NCBI GenBank assembly: GCA_029262115.1
Contig: JAJCZZ010000050.1
Span: 1 to 64,000, forward strand
Direction of reading: 5' to 3'
DNA length: 64,000 bases
Source of the DNA: Gemmatimonadota bacterium
GTDB taxonomy: Bacteria > Gemmatimonadota > Gemmatimonadetes > Longimicrobiales > Gaopeijiaceae
The stretch's first letter is position 1. Every line of letters begins with the position of its first letter. Shown here piece by piece: positions 55,686 to 64,000 of this stretch. The translations under genes and the position numbers were made by a program. The notes under the pieces are model-generated. The model ran no database searches, was not told the origin of the DNA, and saw only the letters and a program-made list of their open reading frames with translations.

Positions 55686-56423
55686 ATGAAGAGCGTCGAC
55701 GACATCCACCCGGGAGATCTGATGGACGAATACGCGCCCTACGCCGAGGAAGTGGTCACTCCACCAGCCCCGTTCTGGAAGCGCTTCGTCGACACCTTTT
55801 TCAGCCCCGGCGTCATGACGGAGTCGGTGGCGGCGCACCCGAAGTGGTTGGTACCGCTGGTGTTGGGCGCCGTTCTGATCGCGCTCCAGACTGCGCTGAT
55901 TCCCGTGGAGATCTTCGAGGCGACCTTCCGGGAGACCATGATGCAGCAGGGTCGCGAGATGCCCGAGGACTTCTCGATGGGCGGCAACATGATGCGCATC
56001 TCGGGTCTGGTCGGCGGCGTGATCTTCTGGTTCGTGTTCACGTTCATCATGGCTGGCGTCGTCACGGTCGTCTTCACCTTCCTGCTCGGCGACGAGGGCC
56101 GGTACAAGCAGCACCTGGCCATGCTTTCACACGCGTGGTTGATTCCAGCGGTTATCGGCCTGTGCCTCGTTCCTCTCCGCATCGCGCAGGAGAACCCCCA
56201 GCTCAATCTCAGCCTCGGCAACTTCTTCTACTTTCTCGAACCCGGGTATCTGAAAGGGGTTCTGACGTTCCTGGACCTCACCCAGATGTGGGCGTATGCC
56301 GTGGTCGCACAGGGCGTGCACACCATCGACCCGAGGCGGAGTTTCGGGAGCGCCCTTGCTATCCTCCTCTCGATGATGTTTCTCATGGCACTCGTCTTCG
56401 GACGGTTCATCCCGGTTCAATAG
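55686..56423 (+). CDS. Yip1-domain membrane protein
   Basis: Five TM segments; FFSPGVMTESVAAHPKWLVPLVLGAVLIAL... Start at internal MKSV, divergent from the 55507 start. Confidence 0.65.
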   Translation: MKSVDDIHPGDLMDEYAPYAEEVVTPPAPFWKRFVDTFFSPGVMTESVAAHPKWLVPLVLGAVLIALQTALIPVEIFEATFRETMMQQGREMPEDFSMGGNMMRISGLVGGVIFWFVFTFIMAGVVTVVFTFLLGDEGRYKQHLAMLSHAWLIPAVIGLCLVPLRIAQENPQLNLSLGNFFYFLEPGYLKGVLTFLDLTQMWAYAVVAQGVHTIDPRRSFGSALAILLSMMFLMALVFGRFIPVQ

Positions 56424-56462
56424 CCGATTCGCTGAGCACGCGCCGGTCCTGTAGCATTCAGG

Positions 56463-56819
56463 ATGAGCCGGCGTAAGGAAGAAACGGACTTCGCGGCATT
56501 CCAGGGATTGGAGATCCGTGCGGGCACCGTAGTTCATGCGGAGCCGTTTCCGGAAGCGCGTCGTCCCGCCATCAAGTTGCGCCTGGACTTCGGCGAGCCG
56601 GTCGGAGAACTGAGCTCGTCGGCGCAACTCAGTCGTCGATACTCGCCGGAGGACCTCGTGGGTCGCACTCTCCTGGCCGTCGTGAACTTCGCGCCGCTCC
56701 GTATCGCGGGCTTTCGGTCGGAGTGCTTGGTGCTGGGTGTCATCAACCCGGAGGACCCCGGCGACGTCGTGCTGATCTCGCCGGACGACCCGGCCACGAC
56801 CGGGTGGGAGTTGGGATGA
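56463..56819 (+). CDS. csaA: tRNA-binding-domain protein (CsaA-like)
   Basis: ..LEIRAGTVVHAEPFPEARRPAIKLRLDFGE.. Confidence 0.8.
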   Translation: MSRRKEETDFAAFQGLEIRAGTVVHAEPFPEARRPAIKLRLDFGEPVGELSSSAQLSRRYSPEDLVGRTLLAVVNFAPLRIAGFRSECLVLGVINPEDPGDVVLISPDDPATTGWELG

Positions 56820-57640
56820 CACGGTGGACGAGCGTCATGGTCGGGGTCTTTGCGCTGTACGCCTCGGCAGCGCTGCCCGGGACCGGCCAGGACTGGAAGG
56901 ATCTCCCCGGCCCGCCGCCTGCCATAGTGGTCGGCCAGGTCACGGGAGCCCGCCTCGACGAGCCGCTCGGGGGCGCCATGGTCTACGTGCACGGGCAGGA
57001 CTTCGCCGCGGTCACGGACTCCCTGGGCCTGTATGCACTACCGCTCCCGCCCGGCGCGTGGATCGTATCCGTCTATCATGCGCGCGCTGCGGAGATGGGT
57101 CTCGCCAACCCGCCGACCAGTTTCCTGACGCTCACCGACGGCGCCCGCATCCGGGTCGACTTCGCGCTGGATCCGGCCCAGATGGGTTCGCAGCAGCGCC
57201 CGTACGTGATGGAGGCCCTCGAAGTGATGGTGTCGGGCTCGAGTGCCCGCCGGCGGTGGGAAGTCGGGGCCAACCTGGAGGTCCTCGATCCAGGCGTTCT
57301 CGCCTCGAGGATCCCCGCCGCCCGGGACATCGGCGACGTGATCGACGGGCAGTTCAGCGGCATTCGAGTGAGCCGGCTCGTTCGTAACGAGGTGTGCGTC
57401 CGGGCCCGCCGGTCGAGTATGATCCGCCGGGGCGGTCGGGTGGCGAGAGGTGCGTGTGACGGGAGGGTGGCGGTCGTGCTCGACGGCGTCATCCTGGTTG
57501 ACCCAGGACCGACGTTGGAGGGTCTGGCCCCCGACGCCGTTACGAGAGTTGAATACCTCCCGGCCATGTGGGCGAGCACCGAGTGGGGAGCGAGAGGAGC
57601 CAACGGCGTTCTGTTCATCTGGACCAAGGGGGGGCGATGA
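56816..57640 (+). CDS. Secreted CarboxypepD_reg + TonB-dependent-receptor plug domain protein lacking a beta-barrel (plug-only)
   Basis: Signal peptide; IVVGQVTGARLDEPLGGAMVYVHGQDFAAVTDSLGLYAL (CarboxypepD_reg); VCVRARRS..RVAVVLDGVILVD..VTRVEYLPA..GARGANGVLFIWTKGG (plug). ATGA overlap with csaA. Confidence 0.7.
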   Translation: MTRWTSVMVGVFALYASAALPGTGQDWKDLPGPPPAIVVGQVTGARLDEPLGGAMVYVHGQDFAAVTDSLGLYALPLPPGAWIVSVYHARAAEMGLANPPTSFLTLTDGARIRVDFALDPAQMGSQQRPYVMEALEVMVSGSSARRRWEVGANLEVLDPGVLASRIPAARDIGDVIDGQFSGIRVSRLVRNEVCVRARRSSMIRRGGRVARGACDGRVAVVLDGVILVDPGPTLEGLAPDAVTRVEYLPAMWASTEWGARGANGVLFIWTKGGR

Positions 57641-58464
57641 GGTGTGACGCGAACTCGTGGGTCCGGGGTTGTGCCCTGACGGTGTCCGCCGTCGCCGCCG
57701 TCGCGGGGGCGCCGATCTGGGCGAGCGCTCAGGAGAGTCCCGCGTCCACCGCGGCGCGTACGATCATTCTCGGTCAGGTGACCGGCGCCGCGCTGGACGA
57801 GCCGCTCGCCGGCGCCATGGTGTACATCCAGGGACAGAACTTCACTGCTGTGACCGACTCGATAGGATTGTACGCTCTGGAGATCCCACCGGGTGCATGG
57901 GTTCTGTCGATGTACCATCCGAGGGCCGCCGAGCTCGGCCTCGAGCGGGCGCCGACCAACTTCGTCACCGTCGACGCGGGTACGAAGCTACGGGTCGACT
58001 TTACGCTGGCGGAGGACGTTCTGGGCTCGCAGGCCAGCCCGTACGTGCTCGAGGCGCTGTCCGTGATGGTCGAAGCGTCCCGCACGGTCGAGCGGCGAGA
58101 CGTGGGGGCGAATGTCCAGGTGCTCCGGCCCGAGGTGCTGGCGTTACGGCAGAAGTCGGCACGCCACGTTGGCGATCTCATCCAGGGGCAGTTCACCGGC
58201 GTTCGGGTGCTGACGCCCCGAGGGCCCGACGTCTGTGTAGAAGCGAGTCGGGCCGCCATGGTGCGCACCCTCGGCGGGCCGAGGTACTGTGAGGGTCGCG
58301 TGGCGGTCATCATCGACGATATCATGGTCGACAATCCAGGAGGCTTCCTGGAGTCGCTGCCCCCCGACGCGGTCGTGCGGGTGGAGTTCATGCCTGCCTA
58401 CGACGCGTCGACCCGGTACGGGCGTCGCGCCGCAAACGGAGCGCTGCTGATCTGGACCCGGTAA
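57637..58464 (+). CDS. Paralog of 56816-57640 (CarboxypepD_reg + plug-only)
   Basis: IILGQVTGAALDEPLAGAMVYIQGQNF..; ..RVAVIIDDIMVDN..VVRVEFMPA..GRRAANGALLIWTR. ATGA overlap with the upstream paralog. Confidence 0.7.
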   Translation: MRCDANSWVRGCALTVSAVAAVAGAPIWASAQESPASTAARTIILGQVTGAALDEPLAGAMVYIQGQNFTAVTDSIGLYALEIPPGAWVLSMYHPRAAELGLERAPTNFVTVDAGTKLRVDFTLAEDVLGSQASPYVLEALSVMVEASRTVERRDVGANVQVLRPEVLALRQKSARHVGDLIQGQFTGVRVLTPRGPDVCVEASRAAMVRTLGGPRYCEGRVAVIIDDIMVDNPGGFLESLPPDAVVRVEFMPAYDASTRYGRRAANGALLIWTR

Positions 58465-58493
58465 CCAACTCCCGCCGGAGGCTCGCGCCTCTG

Positions 58494-60392
58494 GTGGTTT
58501 CGGCCGCCGCCATCGGTGCGGCGGTTTTCCATCTGTACGCGGCCGGGTTCAGCCCGTTCACGGCGTTGGTGCAGCGCCCCGTCCACCTGGCGCTGATGGC
58601 CGTGATGGGTTTTCTGGGGCTGGGTCTGGCGCGCCGATCCGATGCGGACGGCGCTCCGATGTCGGATGCCCCGCCCCCGGCGTCGGACGAGATCGGAGAC
58701 GCCGTCGACGCGTCGTCCGCGCACCGGGCGAAGGGGCCGTCGTGGCTGTCGTGGACCCTCGCGCTGCTGACGGTGGGCGTGTGCGTCTACCTGGTCACAC
58801 AGAACCAGGAGCTCGTACGCCGGTCGGGATCGCCAACCACGCTCGACCTCGTGGCGGGGGCGCTGGCCGTGGTCCTCGTCCTCGAACTGGCGCGCCGGGC
58901 CACGGGTTGGGGCCTCGTGACGGTCTGTATGCTTGCGCTCGTCTACGCAGTGTCCGGCCCGTATCTCCCGGGCTTCCTGGCGCACCGAGGGTATGGCGCT
59001 ACTCGCCTGATCGAGCACCTGTACCTCTCGACCGAAGGGCTGTGGGGCGTGCCGCTCGGGGTCAGCGCGGACTTCGTCTATCTGTTCGTTTTGTTCGGTG
59101 CGGTTCTGGACGCCGCGGGCGGCGGAGCCCTCCTGATTGCTCTTGCGGACCGTGTGGCGGGGAATACGCGAGGGGGCCCCGCCAAGACAGCGGCGGTCGC
59201 CAGCGCTCTGATGGGCTCACTGTCCGGGAGTGCGGTCGCGAACGTCGTCACCACGGGCACGTTCACGATCCCGCTCATGCGCCGGGCGGGCTTCAAGCCC
59301 TTCTTCGCCGCGGCCATCGAGTCGGCTGCTTCGACCGGCGGGCAGTTGATGCCCCCCATCATGGGTGCGGGCGCGTTCATCCTGGCCACCTGGACGAACA
59401 TCCCGTACGTGGAGGTCGCTTCGGCGGCCGTCATTCCGGCCCTTCTCTACTACGTCGCCCTCCTGGCGGCCATCCACTTCCGAGCGGGGAAGATGGGCAT
59501 CGAAGCCGGGATGGGCGGAGACACCGATCCGATCGGTCCACGGCTGCATCTGCTCCTGCCCCTCGGGATCATCGTGGTGTTCCTGGGGATGGGACGCTCC
59601 CCGATGCGGGCCGCCTTCTGGGGGGTCACCGCCGCCTTCGTGGTCGCGCTGCTGCGTCCCGCCACGCGGCTCTCCACGTCGGAGGCGCGGGGCCTTCTCG
59701 AGCAGGCCGGCAGAGGCGCGGTCCAGGTGGCGGCCGCATGCGCGGCGGCCGGGATCGTCGTCGGAGTGGCATCGCTCACGGGCATCGGGCTCCGGATGTC
59801 AGAGCTGATCATTACGCTGTCCGGTGGGAATCTCTTCGCCGCCCTCGTCCTGACCGCCATGGGTTCGATCGTCCTGGGGATGGGGCTCCCGACCACCGCC
59901 GCGTACGTCGTTCTGGCGGCGCTGGGGGCCCCGGCTCTGGTCGAGCTCGGAGTTCCGCTTCTCGCAGCCCACCTCTTCATCTTCTACTTCGGCTGCATCA
60001 GCAACGTCACCCCTCCCGTTTCGCTCGCCGCGTTCGCCGCGGCAGGGATCGCGGGGTCACCCCCGGTGAAGACGGCGACGTCCGCCGCGGGGCTTGCGGC
60101 GGCCGGCTTCCTCGTGCCGTTCTCCTTCGTGTACGGCCCGGCGCTCCTTCTGGACGGCACCGTCGTCGAGATCGGGATCGTGACGTTGACGGCGCTCGCG
60201 GGCGTCATCGCCCTCGCGGCGGCAGTCGTCGGCTACCTACGGACGACCCTCGTGTGGTGGGAGCGATTGCTCCTGTTCGCGGCCGCCCTGGCATTGATCT
60301 TCCCCGGTCTGGCGACCGACGCGTTCGGCGTTGCCGCGCTCGTCCTGGCAGCCCGGCGATCCGCCGTGCCCAACACTCCGGCGGCGGCGTAG
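58494..60392 (+). CDS. TAXI-type TRAP transporter fused permease (DctQ/DctM-like)
   Basis: About 16 TM segments; ..GGPAK.., ..SGSAVANVVTTGTFTIPLM... GTG start; N-terminal extent uncertain. Confidence 0.85.
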   Translation: MVSAAAIGAAVFHLYAAGFSPFTALVQRPVHLALMAVMGFLGLGLARRSDADGAPMSDAPPPASDEIGDAVDASSAHRAKGPSWLSWTLALLTVGVCVYLVTQNQELVRRSGSPTTLDLVAGALAVVLVLELARRATGWGLVTVCMLALVYAVSGPYLPGFLAHRGYGATRLIEHLYLSTEGLWGVPLGVSADFVYLFVLFGAVLDAAGGGALLIALADRVAGNTRGGPAKTAAVASALMGSLSGSAVANVVTTGTFTIPLMRRAGFKPFFAAAIESAASTGGQLMPPIMGAGAFILATWTNIPYVEVASAAVIPALLYYVALLAAIHFRAGKMGIEAGMGGDTDPIGPRLHLLLPLGIIVVFLGMGRSPMRAAFWGVTAAFVVALLRPATRLSTSEARGLLEQAGRGAVQVAAACAAAGIVVGVASLTGIGLRMSELIITLSGGNLFAALVLTAMGSIVLGMGLPTTAAYVVLAALGAPALVELGVPLLAAHLFIFYFGCISNVTPPVSLAAFAAAGIAGSPPVKTATSAAGLAAAGFLVPFSFVYGPALLLDGTVVEIGIVTLTALAGVIALAAAVVGYLRTTLVWWERLLLFAAALALIFPGLATDAFGVAALVLAARRSAVPNTPAAA

Positions 60393-60453
60393 GTCCACTC
60401 GGACGTGTAGAATTGGGGCCTCCCTCGGCTCACTCCCATAGCCCGGTCATCGC

Positions 60454-61392
60454 ATGCGCCGTCTTGCCGTCCTGTTCTCAGCTACCGCTCTGATGCTCTC
60501 GGCCTGCTCGGGCGATGGTGCCTCCCGCCGGCAGTTCCTGTCTCTGGGTACCGGCGGCACCGGTGGGGTCTACTACCCGCTCGGCGGTGCGATCGCGTCG
60601 CGGCTGTCGGTGGCCGACCCCGCGCGTCAGTACACCGCCGAGGTGACCGGAGGCTCCGTGGAAAACGTGAACCGCATCCTCGGCGGGCAGATCGACATGG
60701 GCTTCGCACTGGCCGTTACCGCCTACGAGGCGTACCACGGCGCGGAGGGTGCCGAGGCGGTCGGGCAGTCGCTCCGCATTGTCGCCCCGCTCTATCCGAA
60801 CGTCACCCACATCCTCGTGCCCGGTAATTCATCGGCGACGTCGCTCGCGGACCTCGGGGGGATGCGCGTTTCCGTCGGCTCAGCGGGAAGCGGTACCGAG
60901 CAGATCTCCATGCAACTCCTGGAGATTCACGGCCTGCAATACGCCGACATCGACGCGCGCTATCTGTCGTTCAACGAGTCCGCGGCGGCGCTCCGAGACG
61001 GGGCCATCGACGCCGCCATCTTTTCCGTTGGTATTCCCGCCGCCGCGGTTCTCGAGGCCACTACGACGGGCAGCGTTAAGCTTCTCGGGATCGCTCCGGA
61101 CGTCATGGCCAGGCTGCGGGAGCAGTATCCGTACTACTCGGTGGGCGCGATCCCCGCCGGCGCATATCCTGGCGTGGACGAAGAAATTCAGACCGCGGCC
61201 ATGATGAATTGGCTCGTGGCCGACGAGTCTCTGGACGGCGCTGTTGTCGACGCCGTAATGAACATTCTGGCCTCCGACCGTGTCTCACTGGAGCAGGTGC
61301 ACGATATGGCCAAGCAGATCGACCTGAATCGACTCGATGATGCGCCGATCCCTCTCCATGCTGCGGCCCGCACGTTTTCCCTGAACCGATGA
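60454..61392 (+). CDS. TRAP transporter solute receptor, TAXI family
   Basis: Signal peptide; GTGGTGGVYYPLGGAIA signature. Confidence 0.85.
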   Translation: MRRLAVLFSATALMLSACSGDGASRRQFLSLGTGGTGGVYYPLGGAIASRLSVADPARQYTAEVTGGSVENVNRILGGQIDMGFALAVTAYEAYHGAEGAEAVGQSLRIVAPLYPNVTHILVPGNSSATSLADLGGMRVSVGSAGSGTEQISMQLLEIHGLQYADIDARYLSFNESAAALRDGAIDAAIFSVGIPAAAVLEATTTGSVKLLGIAPDVMARLREQYPYYSVGAIPAGAYPGVDEEIQTAAMMNWLVADESLDGAVVDAVMNILASDRVSLEQVHDMAKQIDLNRLDDAPIPLHAAARTFSLNR

Positions 61393-61458
61393 CGGCCCCG
61401 CCCCCGTAGCGCCCTCCGGCGCGAGGCGGTCGGATGAGGCGCGTCCGGAGCAATAGAA

Positions 61459-64000
61459 ATGCCGTCAGTGTTCCACATTCGCCGGGCCGCTTCCGGCGCC
61501 GGACTCATCCTCGCGGTCGTTCTTGCAGCCCCGTTGGCTGGGCAGCAGAGTGACATGAACGGGAATTCCAGCCAGCCCGCGGAGGCGCGTCGTTCGCTCG
61601 AGCGTCCCGTCCTCATGGCGAGCCCAAGGGAGGCCGACATCACCTTGGATGGTCGCCTGGACGATCAAGAGTGGCGGGCTGCCGAACCCCTTTCCGGCTT
61701 CATTCAGGGCGAACCGGTCGAGGGTGCACCGGCGGCCAACGATACGGAAGTCCGAGTCGTTTTCGACGAGAGCGCGGTGTACGTGGGTCTCCGGATGTGG
61801 GACACCGATCCCGCCTCGATTGCCAAACAACTCTTCCGTCGCGACGGTCGCGGCCAGGCCGACCTGATCGAAGTGGCGTTCGACCCCAACCGCGACCGGC
61901 GTACCGGATACCTGTTCTCGGTCACCGCCGCGAACGTTCAGGGCGACGAGTACCTGTATGACGACACGCGCGAGGACGATGCGTGGGACGCGGTCTGGGA
62001 GTCCAAGGTCCACATCGACGACCAGGGTTGGACGGCCGAAATGCGCATCCCCCTGTCCCAGCTTCGGTACGAGGCTTCGGACGACCCGCAGACATGGGGC
62101 TTCAACGTCCGCCGCGTGCGCCTGGCATCCAACGAACGGACCTTCCTCTCGCTCGTGTCGCAGCTCAAGGGTGGGACGGTCAGTCAGTTTGGGGAGTTGG
62201 ACGGCGTAGTGGTGCGCCGTCCGCCTCGCCGACTGGAAGCGCTCCCGTACGTCGTCGGTTCCGTTCACTCGGGCACCGCCGTGGAGGGCGATCCGTTCTT
62301 CGATGGTCGGTCCGCCAACCAGCGGGTGGGGGTCGACCTGAGCTACGGTCTGGGCGCGTCCTTCACGCTGGACGCCACGATCAATCCGGACTTCGGCCAG
62401 GTCGAGGCAGACCCGGCCGTCATCAACCTGTCGGCGTTCGAGACGTTCTTTCAGGAGCAGCGGCCGTTCTTCGTCGAGGACGCGCGAATCTTCGACTTCA
62501 CGCTCTCCGGGCACCGCAATTCGCTGTTCTACAGCCGGCGGGTCGGCCGGTCGCCTCACGGCGGGGCCCCGAGCGGCTCGCTCTTCAGCGACGTCCCCGA
62601 CAACGCGACGATTCTGGGGGCCGCGAAGTTGGCCGGACGGACCTCGTCGGGACTGTCCGTAGGCGCCATGGCGGCCGTAACCGACGCGGAGACCGGCCGC
62701 GCGCTCCTCGACGACGGTCAGTTGGTCTCGTTCCCGGTCGAGCCGCGTTCCGAGTTTGGCGTCCTGAGCCTCCAGCAGGACTTCAACGAGGGAGCGTCGA
62801 ACATCGGGGGGATCTTCACGGCCATGCGCCGCAGCCTCCCGGCAGACGGACGCTTCGACTTCCTGTCGTCCACCGCGTTCAACGCGGGTGTCCGGTTCGA
62901 GCATCAGTGGGGCGATCGCGAGTGGGGCCTCTCGGGCTTCCTGGCCGGCAGCCATGTGCGCGGTACGCCCGAGGCGCTTCTCGGCATCCAGACCGCCTCG
63001 AACCACTACTTCCAGCGCCCGGACGCGACCCGGCTGAGCGTCGACTCGACCGCGACGTCGATCTCGGGCGCCGAGTGGCGCTTGGCGTTCGACCGTCGCT
63101 CGGGCGAACACTGGACCGGCGGCGTGTGGGCCGCCCAGGTCACGAGCGGCTTCGAAATCAACGATGCGGGCTTCAGTCAGAGCCGCGAGCGCCTCGACGG
63201 CGGCTTCAGGGTGTCGTACCGCGAGATCGCGCCCGGCGATCTGTTCCGGAACTACAATGTGAACTTCTTCACCTTCCACAACTTCAGCCACGAGGCGCTC
63301 GACGACGCTTTCTCGCTGGACTCGTGGCAGGGTGCCCACACCTCGGGCAACGTCAATCTCCGGGGTGAAGTCCAGTTCCTGAACTACTGGCAGTTGAACG
63401 GCAACGCCTCGTACAGCCCGCAGACGATGAGTCGGACCGCCACTCGCGGTGGACCCGTCATGGTGGATCCGGCCAACTCGGGGTTCTCGATCCGCCTGAA
63501 CTCCGATCGCCGAAAGGCGGTCAACTTCGGGGCGAACTTCGACTACAACGACGACCACATCGGGACCGGCGGGAAGAAGGGGGTCGGTGGGTCGGTGTCG
63601 ATACGGCCCTCGCAGACGGTCCAGCTCCGCTTCGAGCCGCGGGTTTCCTGGGAGCGGTCGGGCGCGCAGTACGTCACCGCCACCGACGTGCTTCCGTACT
63701 CACCCACGTTCGGTCGACGCTACTTCTTCTCGGACCTGGAGCGGCAGTCCTTCTCGATGGAGACTCGGCTCGACTGGACATTCACGCCGAAGCTGTCTCT
63801 CCAGCTCTTCGCCCAGCCGCTCATCTCGTCGGGTGACTACGTGAGCTACAAGCAGCTGGCCGACAGCCGCACGTTCGACTTTCTCGGCTTCGACGAGGGC
63901 ACGGCCGACGCCTTCGGCGAGGGCGTCGTTCGGTGCAGCGGCGGGTCGATCTGCGAGTTGGACGGCGTCCAGTACGTGGACCTCGACGGCGACGGCCTCC
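61459..64000 (+). CDS. DUF5916-family secreted hydrolase-like protein with CBM9-like N-terminal domain (partial; runs off the window end)
   Basis: MPSVFHIRRAASGAGLILAVVLAAPLAGQQ signal; DGRLDDQEWRAAEPLSGFIQGEPVEG..TEVRVVFDESAVYVGLRMWD. Not in the ORF track because it has no stop. The antisense ORF 61465-63558 is rejected. Confidence 0.8.
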   Translation, partial: MPSVFHIRRAASGAGLILAVVLAAPLAGQQSDMNGNSSQPAEARRSLERPVLMASPREADITLDGRLDDQEWRAAEPLSGFIQGEPVEGAPAANDTEVRVVFDESAVYVGLRMWDTDPASIAKQLFRRDGRGQADLIEVAFDPNRDRRTGYLFSVTAANVQGDEYLYDDTREDDAWDAVWESKVHIDDQGWTAEMRIPLSQLRYEASDDPQTWGFNVRRVRLASNERTFLSLVSQLKGGTVSQFGELDGVVVRRPPRRLEALPYVVGSVHSGTAVEGDPFFDGRSANQRVGVDLSYGLGASFTLDATINPDFGQVEADPAVINLSAFETFFQEQRPFFVEDARIFDFTLSGHRNSLFYSRRVGRSPHGGAPSGSLFSDVPDNATILGAAKLAGRTSSGLSVGAMAAVTDAETGRALLDDGQLVSFPVEPRSEFGVLSLQQDFNEGASNIGGIFTAMRRSLPADGRFDFLSSTAFNAGVRFEHQWGDREWGLSGFLAGSHVRGTPEALLGIQTASNHYFQRPDATRLSVDSTATSISGAEWRLAFDRRSGEHWTGGVWAAQVTSGFEINDAGFSQSRERLDGGFRVSYREIAPGDLFRNYNVNFFTFHNFSHEALDDAFSLDSWQGAHTSGNVNLRGEVQFLNYWQLNGNASYSPQTMSRTATRGGPVMVDPANSGFSIRLNSDRRKAVNFGANFDYNDDHIGTGGKKGVGGSVSIRPSQTVQLRFEPRVSWERSGAQYVTATDVLPYSPTFGRRYFFSDLERQSFSMETRLDWTFTPKLSLQLFAQPLISSGDYVSYKQLADSRTFDFLGFDEGTADAFGEGVVRCSGGSICELDGVQYVDLDGDGL

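Noticed and set aside
1-64000. CRISPR arrays, rRNA or tRNA genes
   Set aside because: No regularly spaced direct repeats and no rRNA/tRNA-like conserved blocks were seen on reading the window.

Overview
The window is high-GC DNA (roughly 68% GC). Its gene content points to a Gemmatimonadota-like soil bacterium: ADOP-type FtsX permeases, TAXI-TRAP transporter, M14/M20/M42 peptidases and many secreted lipoproteins. This taxonomic placement is an inference from gene content only.

Most long ORFs in the six-frame track are GC-driven antisense artefacts. I resolved overlapping ORFs by which reading frame gives a recognisable protein family. All family assignments are made from memory of conserved motifs. 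No searches were run.

Layout:
- (i) 1-5.0 kb is an accessory patch of addiction/defence-module debris. It holds one intact RelE/ParE-type toxin-antitoxin pair, a second copy collapsed by an internal deletion into an antitoxin-toxin fusion remnant, and a wHTH + AbiEii-C-like two-gene cassette. It also holds a Fic N-terminal fragment, a decayed vapBC pair, an alpha/beta-hydrolase fragment and short direct repeats.
- (ii) 5-30.7 kb carries envelope and housekeeping genes: a Kelch lipoprotein, tandem M14 carboxypeptidases, beta-carbonic anhydrase, PadR + ADOP permease, NfeD-flotillin, LemA-acyltransferase-DUF2207, lpdA-marR, ispH, fxsA, an M42 peptidase and a second ADOP permease.
- (iii) A 101-bp near-perfect inverted repeat has copies at 37-137 and 30829-30919. 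It brackets blocks (i) and (ii). Copy B sits in an ~800-bp gene-poor, GA-repeat-rich gap.
- (iv) 31.5-41.9 kb is a seven-gene translationally coupled operon. It is glcD-glcE-ALDH-glcF fused to an M20-GNAT-NSAR irreversible D-to-L amino-acid conversion module.
- (v) 42.0-50.3 kb is a same-strand module with all genes on the minus strand. In order it is: metalloenzyme, GspE-like ATPase (MshEN-type N-domain plus extra C-terminal Cys cluster), NtrY-like histidine kinase, sigma54 response regulator, a sigma54-type promoter, a bactofilin-domain outer-membrane barrel protein, and a DUF4390-like lipoprotein.
- (vi) 51-64 kb holds a frameshifted lipoprotein, a 1125-aa beta-propeller-amidohydrolase, and a Yip1 protein. 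It also holds csaA coupled to two tandem plug-only TonB-receptor-like proteins, a TAXI-TRAP transporter and a partial DUF5916 hydrolase.

The most novel candidates are the inverted-repeat-bounded 30.7-kb segment, the GspE-TCS-sigma54 envelope module, and the csaA/plug-only tandem. Two genes (23975-25178 and 51235-52109) need frameshifts to read through. These are either real pseudogenes or assembly indels.
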